Below, piece by piece: positions 18,307 through 29,297 of a DNA stretch of 64,000 nucleotides. Below the pieces are notes generated by a model. That model was not told the origin of the DNA and did no database searches. It was given only the letters and a program-made list of their open reading frames with translations. The first letter of the stretch is position 1, and each line of letters opens with the position of its first letter. Position numbers and translations under genes: made by a program. Source of the stretch: Gemmatimonadales bacterium (lineage in GTDB: Bacteria > Gemmatimonadota > Gemmatimonadetes > Gemmatimonadales > GWC2-71-9); the NCBI GenBank assembly GCA_037189525.1, contig JBBCJC010000001.1:544001-608000 (forward strand), read 5' to 3'.

Positions 18307-20364
18307 TCAGTCGGTCACAGGCACATTCCGGCGCACCACGCCAATGCTCTCCAGCGCCGCCAGGAACTCGAGCACGGCCTCGAGCGGCACCGGACCGTAC
18401 ACCGCGGTGAGCGCGTCCCGGATCTGCTGCGCGGTCCTCCGCCCGTCGACGAAGTTGAGCAACTCGTAGGAGTACTCCGCGCCCCCGCCCCGAAGACCCT
18501 GATGGCGCATCAAGCGGAGCTGTCCGGCCCGCTCTGCGCCATAGTGGTCGTTGAGATAGTCGTACGCGAAGGCGGACATCGGTCCTTTCACCGCCGTCCG
18601 CTGATAGACCACGGCACCCGGCCCGCTGGCCGGAGGCGCCGGCACCGCGCGGCCCGTCATCGATTCCAGATTGTTCTGGAACGACTCGGCGCGGGCAATC
18701 ACCTCGCGCGGCGCCGCGAAAAAGCGCGAGAAGGACGCCAGCCTGCGCTTTTCCGCATCCCAGTGGAAGCGGGTTAGCGCAGCTGCCGAGGCTGAATCGA
18801 CCTCGAGGCGGCGCTGCAACAGTGTCGAGGTCCGTTCGAGGGTTCGGGCCGCTACGGTCTCCCAAAGTGTCGCGGCGTCCCGGCTCGTCGCGTTGGCCAG
18901 CACCAGCGCCGACGCCGCCCCGATGAAGGCGGCCCGCTTGAGCACCGTCGGGTCGATGTTGGCGGGAAGATCGAAGTTGGTGTGGATGTACCGATCGGGC
19001 CACTGGGCCAGATAGATGGCCGGGATGGCGAACGACCCTTCGGTGTAGATCTCGTGATCGCTGCCTAACGTGAAATCATCGACCAGGCCGGCAAACGGTT
19101 CCTTGCCCCCTTCCGGCGCCACCAGCGGATAGCGTGCCCGTCCGGTAGCCGCGAACTCCGCCGACTGCTGATTGACAAACAGGGTCCACGCGTCGGCCAC
19201 ATCGTTGACGAAGGTCGGCAGACTCGCCGGGCTGTGCTTGACCTGGAACTGCGCCTTGGTCACCGGCCCGCCGCCCACCATATCCATGTGGACGACGGCC
19301 TTGATCCGATCGCGAACCTCCGGCCGTTCGGTCAGGAGCGCCAGGGTGCCTTCGATCTCGGGCGGCCAGATGAAGCGGAGCGTTCGGGCCGGACGCGGAA
19401 TGGCGCCATCGGCAACCAGCTTGGCGAGGGTGCGTCCGATTTCGAGGATGGTCACACAGCCGCTGGCGTTGTCGTTGGCCCCCGGCTTCTGATGATCGAG
19501 ATGACAGCTGAAGGCAATCTCTTCGCCGCGGAGCGCGGGATCCGCGCCCTCGATCAGGGCACTGGTGATCTGGTACACCCCGGGCCGGCGTCCGCCGCGC
19601 ACTTCGGCGCGCATCCGGATCGTCTCGCCGCGGGCCAGCCGCTGCCTGAGCAGTCGCCCCTGCTTGAGCGACACCATGAAACCGAGCCGATTGTAGGGCG
19701 TGAACGCGTCATAGTGGCCCCAGCGGATCAGATTCTCATCCTCGCCCCACCAGGCGTTGCGCTGATTCTGGGCATAGCTCACGATCCCGGCGGCGCCATA
19801 CTTGGCAATGGCAAGCGCGCCCACCGCCGCGGGCTGCTGAGCCGCCAGTACCAGCTTGCCGCGCACGTCGCGGCCGGCATAATCGGCCTCGCTGGTGCCG
19901 TCGCCGACATCGACCAGCTCCGACTCGACCGAGCCGCCCTCGCTCAGATTCGCGATGGTGATCGGGGCTGCGTCCCACGACGCCAGCCGCTCGGCCGGGA
20001 CCCACTGATCGCCCTGGCGGCCGAGTTCCCAGAGTTCACCGAAATCGATCTGCCAGGCCGGGCGGGATCGCTGGGTGCCGTAGAAGCGCTTGCCGTCGGT
20101 GGGAAACGAGTCGACCCGGACCCGAACCAGACCGACCGCGCCGGCCTGCGCCACCATGAACTCGACGGCCTGATTGAAGTCGCGCGACCCTGCCATGCGG
20201 TGGAGCCGCGTCAGGTACTCGAGGTTGCGCTTGGCAGCTTCGCCCGAGAGTTCGCGGGCCAGCGCCGCCACCGTCGCATCCGGCAGCAACCGAGGCTGCT
20301 GCGCATCGGCCGAGGTTACCTGGGCCAGCGTCATCAGTCCCACCATCAGCCATCGGGTCATCAC
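18307..20364 (-). CDS. M28-family aminopeptidase with PA domain (DUF4910-like), exported
   Basis: Signal peptide; CHLDH, GANDNASG, PPEIEG, HMDMVG, GSDH. Confidence 0.88.
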   Translation of the reverse strand: MMTRWLMVGLMTLAQVTSADAQQPRLLPDATVAALARELSGEAAKRNLEYLTRLHRMAGSRDFNQAVEFMVAQAGAVGLVRVRVDSFPTDGKRFYGTQRSRPAWQIDFGELWELGRQGDQWVPAERLASWDAAPITIANLSEGGSVESELVDVGDGTSEADYAGRDVRGKLVLAAQQPAAVGALAIAKYGAAGIVSYAQNQRNAWWGEDENLIRWGHYDAFTPYNRLGFMVSLKQGRLLRQRLARGETIRMRAEVRGGRRPGVYQITSALIEGADPALRGEEIAFSCHLDHQKPGANDNASGCVTILEIGRTLAKLVADGAIPRPARTLRFIWPPEIEGTLALLTERPEVRDRIKAVVHMDMVGGGPVTKAQFQVKHSPASLPTFVNDVADAWTLFVNQQSAEFAATGRARYPLVAPEGGKEPFAGLVDDFTLGSDHEIYTEGSFAIPAIYLAQWPDRYIHTNFDLPANIDPTVLKRAAFIGAASALVLANATSRDAATLWETVAARTLERTSTLLQRRLEVDSASAAALTRFHWDAEKRRLASFSRFFAAPREVIARAESFQNNLESMTGRAVPAPPASGPGAVVYQRTAVKGPMSAFAYDYLNDHYGAERAGQLRLMRHQGLRGGGAEYSYELLNFVDGRRTAQQIRDALTAVYGPVPLEAVLEFLAALESIGVVRRNVPVTD

Positions 20365-20527
20365 TGCTCCTTGCGCGACCGTTCGCTCCTGCGGCGACTT
20401 CTTCAGTTACAAGATGGGGACAAAACCCGTCATTCGCACGCCCATCCGGAGGCCCCGCCATCTGGCCTGCCGGGTCCCATCAGACTATCGTCCGGTCCCG
20501 AATCCATTCAACCCAGAGGTTTTTCAG

Positions 20528-22843
20528 ATGCGCCGTGCCCTGACCGGGCTCCTGCTCCTCGCGGCAGCCCGCTCGGCTTCTGCCCAAGTCGACTACCATC
20601 GGGCCGAACAGTTCCTGACCTGGAACTCGACCCGTCTCATCTACAACGACCAGGTCGCGCCCACCTGGTACGCCGACAGCACCCGATTCTGGTACCGGGT
20701 CCATACCCCGACCGGTTTCCGTTTTCTCTCGGTAACACCGTCGACCGGCGCCAAATCGCAGCTCTTCGACAATGCGCGCCTTGCCGCCGCCCTCTCGGTC
20801 GCGGGCGACACCGCAATCCAGCCGACCAAGCTGCCCTTCCAGACCTTCACGTTCGATCAGGACGGCAAGAACGAGCGCGCCATCCTGGTGCGGATCGGGA
20901 AGCGCGCCTTCCGTTGTGAGCTGGCGGGCTATCAGTGCGCCAAGACGGACACCCTGCCCAGTCAGATGCGCTTCGTTCGGTCTCCCGACGGACAGTGGAA
21001 CGCGTTCACCGCAGGCAACAATCTCTGGGTTCGCCCGGTTGCCGGCGGTGACTCGATTCAGCTCACCACCGATGGCGCCGAGCTCTACGGCTATGGCCAC
21101 GGTTCTCCGCGTCCCAATCAGGTTCGACAGAAGCGGCCCAGCCGGCCCAACGTGATCTGGTCGCCGGATTCGAAGCGGTTGCTGGTGTCCCGGGTCGACG
21201 AACGCGGGGTCCAGACGCTCGGCCTGATCAGCATGACCACCGTCCGGCCGGTGACGTACACCTATCCGTATGCGATGCCGGGCGACTCGATCGTCGAGCG
21301 GCTCGAGTGGTACGCCGTCGATATCGGCGCCAAGTCATCCAAGCGGATCGATGCGCCAGCGCAACCGGCCATGGCGTTCTACAATTTCGGCGGCCAGTCG
21401 GCACAGTGGAACCCGGGAAGCGACCGGATCTTCTTTGCGCACGTCGACCGAGGCCCCAAGCGGGTCCGGCTGATGAGCGCCGATCCGACCACCGGCGCCG
21501 CGCGCACGCTGCTCGCAGACAGCAGTTCGTCCTATGTGATCGGCTCGGTCGATCTCTTCGGCCAGGGCACCAACTGGAAGGTGCTCAAGAACGGCGACAT
21601 CCTCTGGCTGTCGGAACGGGACGGCTTTGCGCATTTCTATCGCTACTCGGCGGACGGCACGCTCAAAAACCAGGTGACCTCGGGCGGCTGGGTGGTGTCG
21701 GCGCTGCACTGGGTCGACGAAACGACCGGCCGGATTTATTTCTCGGGCAAGGGCCGCGAGAGTGACCGGCACGCCGACTATGCGCAGCTCTACTCCGTGG
21801 GGCTCGACGGCAGCGGTCTGACGCTGCTCAGCCCGGAAAAGGCGCATCACGCCATTACGCCGATACCGTCGGGCAAGTACTTCATCGACACCTACTCGAC
21901 CGTGAGCGATCCGCCCGTCGTGGTGATCCGCGGCGTGGACGGTCGCGTCGTCGCCGAACTCGAGCGAGCCAACATCGACGCCCTGCGCGCGACGGGATGG
22001 CGATCAGGAGAGGTCTTCACCGCGAAAGCCCGGGACGGCGTGACCGACGTCTGGGGCACCATCTGGAAGCCGAGCCACTACGACTCGACCAAGCGGTACC
22101 CGATCATCGACCATATCTATCCGGGCCCGCTGATCACGCCGACGCCCAAAGCGTTTTTCCCGAACCGCGAAGCCTTTACCTATCCGCTTGCCGGGCAGGT
22201 GCAGGCACTGGCCGAACTGGGCTTCATCGTGGTCTCGATCGACGCGATCGGCAACACGGGCCGAGCCAAGGCGCTCAACACGCTCTGGTACGGCAACATG
22301 GGCGACAACGGCATTCCCGACCACGTCGCCGTGATCAAGCAGCTGGCCTCGCGCATGCCGAGCATCGATCTCGACCGGGTCGGCATCTACGGCCATTCGG
22401 GCGGCGCCTTTGCTTCGACCGGCGCGATGCTCCGCTACCCCGATTTCTTCAAGGTGGCCGTCTCGACCGCCGGCAATCACGACAACCGCACCTACTACAG
22501 CGGCTGGGGCGAGCGGTTCCAGGGCCTGCTGGTCCGCGACACGCTGCGCAACACCGATAACTACGCAGCCTCCGCCAACCGGACGCTGGCTTCGAACCTC
22601 AAGGGCAAGCTCTTCCTGATGCACGGCGACCTGGACGACAACGTCCATCCCGGCGGGACGGTGGCCCTGGTCGATGCGCTGATCAAGGCGGACAAGACGT
22701 TCGACTTCATGGTGATCCCGGATGCCGACCATGGCATCACCCAGCATCCGTGGGTGATCCGGCGGACCTGGGATTACTTCGTCCAGCACCTGCTGGGCAA
22801 GACACCGCCCGACAACTTCTCGATCGCGCCACCTCCGACCTGA
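20528..22843 (+). CDS. S9B dipeptidyl peptidase IV-like peptidase
   Basis: Signal peptide at ATG 20528; GHSGG, HGDLDDNVH, DADH catalytic motifs. Confidence 0.92.
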   Translation: MRRALTGLLLLAAARSASAQVDYHRAEQFLTWNSTRLIYNDQVAPTWYADSTRFWYRVHTPTGFRFLSVTPSTGAKSQLFDNARLAAALSVAGDTAIQPTKLPFQTFTFDQDGKNERAILVRIGKRAFRCELAGYQCAKTDTLPSQMRFVRSPDGQWNAFTAGNNLWVRPVAGGDSIQLTTDGAELYGYGHGSPRPNQVRQKRPSRPNVIWSPDSKRLLVSRVDERGVQTLGLISMTTVRPVTYTYPYAMPGDSIVERLEWYAVDIGAKSSKRIDAPAQPAMAFYNFGGQSAQWNPGSDRIFFAHVDRGPKRVRLMSADPTTGAARTLLADSSSSYVIGSVDLFGQGTNWKVLKNGDILWLSERDGFAHFYRYSADGTLKNQVTSGGWVVSALHWVDETTGRIYFSGKGRESDRHADYAQLYSVGLDGSGLTLLSPEKAHHAITPIPSGKYFIDTYSTVSDPPVVVIRGVDGRVVAELERANIDALRATGWRSGEVFTAKARDGVTDVWGTIWKPSHYDSTKRYPIIDHIYPGPLITPTPKAFFPNREAFTYPLAGQVQALAELGFIVVSIDAIGNTGRAKALNTLWYGNMGDNGIPDHVAVIKQLASRMPSIDLDRVGIYGHSGGAFASTGAMLRYPDFFKVAVSTAGNHDNRTYYSGWGERFQGLLVRDTLRNTDNYAASANRTLASNLKGKLFLMHGDLDDNVHPGGTVALVDALIKADKTFDFMVIPDADHGITQHPWVIRRTWDYFVQHLLGKTPPDNFSIAPPPT

Positions 22844-22850
22844 GCTGACC

Positions 22851-22888
22851 CCGACCGCCCCGGCCATCGACCGGGGCGGTTCGGTTTT
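22851..22888 (+). terminator. Intrinsic terminator
   Basis: ACCGCCCCGG/CCGGGGCGGT stem followed by TCGGTTTT just after the stop codon. Confidence 0.75.
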
Positions 22889-22955
22889 CCCCACGTCTGG
22901 CTATTACGTTTCCGGAATATCCGAACCAGCCCGCCCCTCCCGAACCAGGTTTCCC

Positions 22956-25625
22956 ATGCGCCTGATCGCGACGTTGCTCCTCATCCCGACACTGCTCTCG
23001 GCCCAGGATTTCGACTTCTATTCCCGGGGGCCCTACCGCCCCAACGTGCCGCGTCCCGACTCGCTGCTGGGCTACCAGCTCGGCAGCCAGCACACCATGT
23101 ATCATCAGCAGCAGCAGGTGCTAGATCGCCTGATTGCCGCCGCGCCCGACCGGGTCCGCACCGAAGTGATCGGACGGACCGCCGAGGGCAAGGTGATGCG
23201 CCTGCTGATCATTTCGTCTCCCAAGAACATCGGCCGACTCGACGAGATTCGCGCCAATCTCGATCGTCTGGCCGACCCGCGACGCACCTCGGCATCAGAG
23301 GCGGCGTCCCTGGCGGATGCGACGCCCGTCACCGTGCTGCTGACTCACTCGGTCCACGGCAACGAACCGGCCGGCTTCGAGACGGCCATGGCGACCACCT
23401 ATCAGTTGCTCGCCTCCGATGAGCCGGCCACACTCGCGATGCTGGAGAATGCGGTCGTCCTGATCAACCCGTCCCAGAATCCTGACGGGCACGAGCGATT
23501 TGCCGCCTGGTCCAACTCGATTGCGGTCGCGTCGGACGATCCGATGGCGATGGAGCAGTCCGAGCCCTGGTCGATTCGCGGCCGTTTCAACCACTATCGC
23601 TTCGACATGAATCGCGACATGCTGGCGCAGTCGCAGAGCGAGAGCAAGGCGCTGGCGTCGGTCTACCTCCGCTGGCGGCCGCAGGTCATTGCCGATCTGC
23701 ACAGCACGACGGAGCAGTATTTCTTCCCGCCGGTTTCGCAGGCGCATAACCCGAACGTGCCGGCCACGACGTTCCGCTGGTTCGAACGGTTCGGCCGCAA
23801 CAACGGCGATGCCTTCGATCGCTTCGGATGGCAGTACTTCGTCAGCGACGTCTTCGACTTCTTCTATCCCGGCTACATCGATACCTGGCCCACCATGCGG
23901 GGCGGCGTCGGCATGACCTACGAGACCGACGGCGGGCCGGAGCTGGCGCTGCGCAAGGACGACGGTTCGGTCATGACGTTCCGGATGGCGATTGCGCATC
24001 ACTACGTCGCGGCGCTGGCGACGGTCGACTACGCCGCCAAGAATCGCGCCGAACGGCTGCGCGACTTCCACAACTTCCTCGCCAGCGGCATGGCCGACGC
24101 CGAGAAGCGGCCGTTTCGCCGGGTCGTGTTCTCCGGTGAGAATGCCACCGCGGTGCAATGGCTGGTGCGACGGCTCCTGGCCGAGGAGATCGAAGTGACT
24201 CGGTTGAGCCAGCCGTGGACGACTCTCCGGGCCAACTCGTATCTCGGCGGCCCGGCAGCTCGGCAGACCTTCCCTTCCGGCAGCTACGTCGTCGACCTCA
24301 ACCAGCCACAAGCCCGGCTCGCGACCACCATCCTCGAACCCCGGACCGCATTCGACTCGGCGTTTGTCCGTGAACAGCGATCGGCGTACCAGCGGAACCA
24401 GCGCCGTGGCGAAGCGGCCGACCGCGAAGGGTACAGCTTCTACGACGTGACCGCCTGGTCCCTGCCGTATGCGCTCGGTCTCGACGCCTGGTGGACCGAC
24501 GACGTTGCCGCGCTGCCCGGTGACCGGGTCACGACGGCGGCTCTCCCGGCGCCGGCTGCTCCCGCCCGGGCCCGTTCGAGCTACCTCTTCACCAATGCCG
24601 ACGAATCGAGTGCCCGGCTGGCGATCAAGTTGCTGCGAGAAGGGTTTCGCGTCGCGTTTGCGACGGAACCGATCATTGCCGACGGGACATCCTATCCGCG
24701 CGGCACCTTCGTGGTCCGGATCCAGCGGAATCCCGACACCGTTCACGATCGGATTGCTGCCCTGGCCCGGGAGGTGGGAGCAACCGTGATCGCGTCGCAG
24801 TCGGCCTTTCCGGACGGGGGCCGGTTCGGACCGGGCAGCGGATCGGTGATCCCCCTCGAGACGCCCCGGATCCTGCTCGCCGGCGGGGACGGAGTCGACG
24901 CGACCTCATTCGGCGCCCTCTGGTTCTACTTCGAGCGGGAACTGGGTGTGTCGATCGTTCCGGTCAACCTGGCCACGCTGGGCAGCGCGAACTTTTCCAC
25001 CTATAACGTCCTGATCATTCCGGAAGGTTCGAGCAGCCGGATGGCGCGCGAACTGGGCGAGACCGGTATGTCGCGGCTCAAACAGTGGGTCGAAGGAGGC
25101 GGAGCCGTCATCGGCATCGGCAGCGGCGTGGCCAGTCTGCTCAGCCGGCGAGAACTCGGACTCACCACGGTTGCCGACGTGACCGGCGACAGCTCGATTG
25201 CCAAGGATACGACGGTCGCAAGCGGCGCGACTGCGGGACCGCCGCTCGTCTCGGCCACCGCACCTGGCGGCCGTGATCCGGAATACATTCCGGGAAGCAT
25301 CTTCCGAGGCACCATCGACCGGACCCACTGGCTGACCGCCGGCTACGAGCGCGATCACCTGCCGGTGTTCCTGGATACGTCGACGCCGCTCAAAGCGTCG
25401 AGCAAGGGAGACAACCCGGTGGCGTTTGCCGGCAAGGACCTGCTGCTGAGCGGATGGTCGTGGCCCGGTAATACCGAGCGTGTGGTGCAGAACAGCGTCT
25501 ATGCCGCGGTCGAATCGGCCGGACGGGGACGGGTGATTCTTTTCGCCAGCAGCCCGGTCTTCCGCGCCCTCTGGCGAGGCCCAGCCAAGCTGCTCACCAA
25601 CGCGGTCCTGGTCGGCCCCCGCTGA
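22956..25625 (+). CDS. M14 zinc carboxypeptidase-family protein, exported
   Basis: HGNE, NPDG, NHYRFDMNRD, DLH, YDVTAWSLP; C-terminal GATase-like domain. Confidence 0.9.
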   Translation: MRLIATLLLIPTLLSAQDFDFYSRGPYRPNVPRPDSLLGYQLGSQHTMYHQQQQVLDRLIAAAPDRVRTEVIGRTAEGKVMRLLIISSPKNIGRLDEIRANLDRLADPRRTSASEAASLADATPVTVLLTHSVHGNEPAGFETAMATTYQLLASDEPATLAMLENAVVLINPSQNPDGHERFAAWSNSIAVASDDPMAMEQSEPWSIRGRFNHYRFDMNRDMLAQSQSESKALASVYLRWRPQVIADLHSTTEQYFFPPVSQAHNPNVPATTFRWFERFGRNNGDAFDRFGWQYFVSDVFDFFYPGYIDTWPTMRGGVGMTYETDGGPELALRKDDGSVMTFRMAIAHHYVAALATVDYAAKNRAERLRDFHNFLASGMADAEKRPFRRVVFSGENATAVQWLVRRLLAEEIEVTRLSQPWTTLRANSYLGGPAARQTFPSGSYVVDLNQPQARLATTILEPRTAFDSAFVREQRSAYQRNQRRGEAADREGYSFYDVTAWSLPYALGLDAWWTDDVAALPGDRVTTAALPAPAAPARARSSYLFTNADESSARLAIKLLREGFRVAFATEPIIADGTSYPRGTFVVRIQRNPDTVHDRIAALAREVGATVIASQSAFPDGGRFGPGSGSVIPLETPRILLAGGDGVDATSFGALWFYFERELGVSIVPVNLATLGSANFSTYNVLIIPEGSSSRMARELGETGMSRLKQWVEGGGAVIGIGSGVASLLSRRELGLTTVADVTGDSSIAKDTTVASGATAGPPLVSATAPGGRDPEYIPGSIFRGTIDRTHWLTAGYERDHLPVFLDTSTPLKASSKGDNPVAFAGKDLLLSGWSWPGNTERVVQNSVYAAVESAGRGRVILFASSPVFRALWRGPAKLLTNAVLVGPR

Positions 25626-25629
25626 GACG

Positions 25630-25671
25630 ATCCGTGGTGGCTCCGAAATGAGGCTCGGAGCCACCACGGAT
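25630..25671. terminator. 17-bp perfect inverted repeat, probable bidirectional terminator
   Basis: ATCCGTGGTGGCTCCGA-N8-TCGGAGCCACCACGGAT between convergent genes. Confidence 0.75.
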
Positions 25672-25677
25672 TGCTAG

Positions 25678-26103
25678 CTAGCCAAGCAGCCCCATGGCGT
25701 ACGCGCGGTTGATGTCGCTCCGCGAAATCACGCCAACGACCTGCCCTTCCTCTTCGACGAACAGCCGGCGAATGTCGCCGTACTCCATCTGGAGCGCCGC
25801 TTCACGCAGTTCGAGGTTGGGTTCGACGACCAGACCCCGCGGCGTCATGATGTCGCGAGCCGTCTGCTGCATCAGCCGCTCCCGCGCCTCGTCATCGCCC
25901 GACTCGGCAAACGCCGCCAGGAGATCCGTGGTCGAAACCACACCCAACAGCCGGCCCCGGCTGTCGATGACCGGCAGGCCCGATACCCGGCTGTCGGCCA
26001 GCTGGGTGATCAATTCGCCGACCGATTGGTCGGGATGAATCGCGACGACATCCGCCGTCATGACCTGGCGGACCGTCCGGCCCGCGCGCTCTCGGTACAC
26101 CAT
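25678..26103 (-). CDS. CBS-domain pair protein
   Basis: VRQVMT, SGLPVID..GRLLGVVS, ARDIMT, VVGVISRSD. Confidence 0.92.
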   Translation of the reverse strand: MVYRERAGRTVRQVMTADVVAIHPDQSVGELITQLADSRVSGLPVIDSRGRLLGVVSTTDLLAAFAESGDDEARERLMQQTARDIMTPRGLVVEPNLELREAALQMEYGDIRRLFVEEEGQVVGVISRSDINRAYAMGLLG

Positions 26104-26191
26104 GGTTACCTCCTTCAGACTGGAGATCGATCCTCATCCCAGCGATCAACGTACCCCGTCCCGTCTGAAGGAATCATGAAGTCCGATAGAG

Positions 26192-27607
26192 CTAATCTCC
26201 ACGTCGGGGAATGGCGGCGAGGATTTCGGTCAGCGCCAGGTTGAGGTCGGCCTCGTGCTTGCGGGTACCCTGGAGATGCCCCATCCGAACGATCACCAGG
26301 TCGTGCGACGGCACCACGATCGTCTTGCTCACACCGCCGCCGCTCATGAAGTATGCATCGCGCGGCAGGCTCCACTCACCGTCGCCGTTCAGGCGGAACA
26401 AGGCACCGTATACCGGCGTCGACCAGGCGGGCGCCGGCGTGCTCACGAAGCGGGTCCATCCCTCGGGGAGGAGCCGCTCGCCCTGCCAGACGCCGTCCTG
26501 CAGGTAGAGCAATCCGAGCCTGGCCCAGTTTCTGGCGGTACCGTAGTCGTAGCCGGTCAGCAGGAAGTTGCCGTAGGGATCGGGCTCCAGCACCTGACGC
26601 CTGATCCCGATCCGATCGAAGAACGCCCGCTGGGGCCAGCTGAGATATTCGTCGCCAGCTGCGGAGACGGTCCGTTTGACGATGGCGCCGAGCACGAGCG
26701 GATCGACATTGCGGTAGCGTCCCACCGTCTGGGGAGGAAACTCGGGCTGCTTCCCGATGCTGAACCCGAAGGCATCGATGGCGCCCGAATAGATGTAGAG
26801 GTGGTCGGGGTGAGCCTGACCCCAGGTCTCCGGCGGATCGGTCGCATCCGAAAAGCGGAGCCCGCTGCTCATTTGCATCAGGTCGCGAATCGTGATGCGG
26901 GCTCTCGGATCGCCCGGGGTCTGCCACTCTGCCACGGGCGCCGGATCGTCGAGGCGGAGTTTGCCTTGCCGAACCAGGAGCCCGACCATGGCGGCCGTAA
27001 TGCTCTTCCCCATCGACCAGCTCTCGAGCTGGGTATCCTGGCCGATGCCGGGCGCATAACGCTCCGCGACGATCCGCCCCCGATGGACGACGACCATGGC
27101 CAGCGTCAACGCCTCGGGCGCGCGAAACGCCAGGTCCAGACCCGCCTCCAGGCGGGCGCGGTCGAGACCGGCCGGCAATGGCGTGTCGGGCAAACGATCG
27201 CCCATGGGCCAAGGGGCCGACGCGGCGGGGCCCAGCACCGTCCGGACCGGTACCGGCGTGAACGCCACGGAATCGCGCCCCCGCGGCAGGATGACGCAGC
27301 CCTGGTCGCCGAATAACCGCGCCGAGCGCCGGAGACTGCCGTCCAGCGTCAGGTGAACCGCCCGATTGGCGCGATCGACCTCGACCTTGGTGATCCGCTC
27401 CCGGCGGAACGAACCCCAGAACCGCGGTGCGCTATTGGTCAGCGCGTCCTCGACCTCGCGGCCGGTAATGAAGACGGCCGAGCAGGCGATCTTGGCGCTC
27501 ATTGCCGTCAGCAGCTCTTCCCTCGACGGAGATGACTGAGCCGCGCCCGCTTGAACGCCGCCGGCGCCGGCAAGGAGGAGAAGAGCAGCGAGTGAGCACC
27601 GATTCAT
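26192..27607 (-). CDS. Serine hydrolase, beta-lactamase class C/NylB-like fold
   Basis: Start MNRCSLAALL at 27607; SMGK and YRN motifs. Confidence 0.88.
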   Translation of the reverse strand: MNRCSLAALLLLAGAGGVQAGAAQSSPSREELLTAMSAKIACSAVFITGREVEDALTNSAPRFWGSFRRERITKVEVDRANRAVHLTLDGSLRRSARLFGDQGCVILPRGRDSVAFTPVPVRTVLGPAASAPWPMGDRLPDTPLPAGLDRARLEAGLDLAFRAPEALTLAMVVVHRGRIVAERYAPGIGQDTQLESWSMGKSITAAMVGLLVRQGKLRLDDPAPVAEWQTPGDPRARITIRDLMQMSSGLRFSDATDPPETWGQAHPDHLYIYSGAIDAFGFSIGKQPEFPPQTVGRYRNVDPLVLGAIVKRTVSAAGDEYLSWPQRAFFDRIGIRRQVLEPDPYGNFLLTGYDYGTARNWARLGLLYLQDGVWQGERLLPEGWTRFVSTPAPAWSTPVYGALFRLNGDGEWSLPRDAYFMSGGGVSKTIVVPSHDLVIVRMGHLQGTRKHEADLNLALTEILAAIPRRGD

Positions 27608-27748
27608 GATTGCCCCGGACGGCAGGAAGGAGTGGCAAGTATCCGGCCCTGCGGCTCCGACCGTCAAGCCCTGGTCGATCCTCAGCGAACGGTCTAGCTT
27701 GCTGGCGCTCCAACGGCCATTCGACTCGTCACCGACCTGCGTTTCCCG

Positions 27749-29266
27749 ATGCGACAGCCCATCCTGGCAGCCCTCCTGGTCTCGCTGGCCTCGGCCGCAT
27801 CCGCGCAAGTCGTCCCGGAGCGGCTCGAACGCTATGTCACGGGCGCCCTCGACGCCTGGCAGGTTCCCGGCGTGGCCATCGCCATCGTCCGCAACGATTC
27901 GGTCGTACTGACGCGCGGCTACGGGGTCCGGACCGCAGGCGGGCTCGAGCCCGTCACCGACGCCACCGTCTTCGGGATCGGCTCGACGACCAAGGCATTC
28001 ACGGCGACCCTCCTGGCCATGCTCGCCGATTCCGGGTTGGTGGCCTGGGACGACCCCGTCACCCGCCACCTGCCCGGCTTTCAGCTGCCCGACCCGTGGA
28101 CCACGAAGCTGGTGACGGTGCGCGACCTGCTCGCTCACCGAACCGGGCTGGCCGGCAGCGACTTCGTCTGGTACGCATCCCGGCACGACCGCGCCGAGCT
28201 GATCCGGCGCGTCCGATTCATGCGGCCCGCGAGTCCGTACCGAACCGAGTTGAGCTACAACAACGTGATGTACGTCGCGGCCGGCGAGATCGTACGGGCC
28301 GTCTCGGGAACAACGTGGGACGAGTCCATCGCCCGCCGAATTTTCACTCCGCTCGGCATGGCCCGTACCACTGCCGGTACCGCTGGCCTGCCGACCCATG
28401 GCAACATCGCGACGCCTCACGCGCGGATCCGCGATACGGTTCGTCCCATCGACCGGCCGATACTCGACAATCTTGGCGCAGCTGGCGCCATCAATTCCAC
28501 CGCGGCCGACATGGCGCGCTGGGTGCGCTTCCTGCTGGCGCGGGGCCGCGTGGACGACCGCCGGCTCGTGTCGTCCGATCGGATGGCCGACCTGTTCACG
28601 CCGCAGCTGATGCTCACCGGAGATGGAACGCCTCCGATCGATACTGCTTCGATCCGCCCGACCCACTTCGAAGCGTACGGCCTGGGCTGGTTTCTCAAGG
28701 ACTATCATGGCCGGCTGGTGGCCGAGCATGGCGGCAACGTGGATGGCATGTCGGCGACCATTACGCTCGTGCCCGAAGCGCGGGTCGGCGTGGTGGTGCT
28801 CAGCAACGTGCACAACACCCAGTTGCCGGGCATCCTGGCCGACTGGATCATCGACCACGAGCTGGGCGCGCCAGAATTCGATCGGAGTGCCATTGCGCTA
28901 CGCCGCGCGGGAGCCCGCCGCGATCAGCTCCGCGGCCGGGAGGCCCGGTTGCTGGGGAACCGCAAGACCGGCACGACTCCGTCGCTGCCACTCGAGCGGT
29001 ACGCCGGTATCTATCGCGACAGTCTGTATGGCGACCTGACGATCACCCGGGATGGCGACGCCCTCGTCGCCCGGCTGGGACCGGGACTGCGCGGTTCGCT
29101 GGAGCACTGGCACCACGATATCTTTCGCGCGCAGTGGTCGCCTGCCATGTGGGGCAGCGCGTTCCTGACGTTTCGGGTCAGCCCGGCCGGTCGGATCGAC
29201 GGATTCGAAATCGATCTGGGCGGCGAGCCTGCTCCGCTCTGGTTTGGCCGCGCCGACCGGCCCTGA
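27749..29266 (+). CDS. Serine hydrolase (AmpC-like) with C-terminal DUF3471-like domain
   Basis: Signal peptide; STTK, LLAHRTG, YNN, HGG. Confidence 0.9.
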   Translation: MRQPILAALLVSLASAASAQVVPERLERYVTGALDAWQVPGVAIAIVRNDSVVLTRGYGVRTAGGLEPVTDATVFGIGSTTKAFTATLLAMLADSGLVAWDDPVTRHLPGFQLPDPWTTKLVTVRDLLAHRTGLAGSDFVWYASRHDRAELIRRVRFMRPASPYRTELSYNNVMYVAAGEIVRAVSGTTWDESIARRIFTPLGMARTTAGTAGLPTHGNIATPHARIRDTVRPIDRPILDNLGAAGAINSTAADMARWVRFLLARGRVDDRRLVSSDRMADLFTPQLMLTGDGTPPIDTASIRPTHFEAYGLGWFLKDYHGRLVAEHGGNVDGMSATITLVPEARVGVVVLSNVHNTQLPGILADWIIDHELGAPEFDRSAIALRRAGARRDQLRGREARLLGNRKTGTTPSLPLERYAGIYRDSLYGDLTITRDGDALVARLGPGLRGSLEHWHHDIFRAQWSPAMWGSAFLTFRVSPAGRIDGFEIDLGGEPAPLWFGRADRP

Positions 29267-29297
29267 CGTTTCTCCCGCCGCAAGGATCCGCACCGCC

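Noticed and set aside
27608..28858. N-terminal extension giving an 888-aa minus-strand ORF
   Set aside because: Antisense shadow of the 27749 hydrolase; the real signal peptide starts at 27607.
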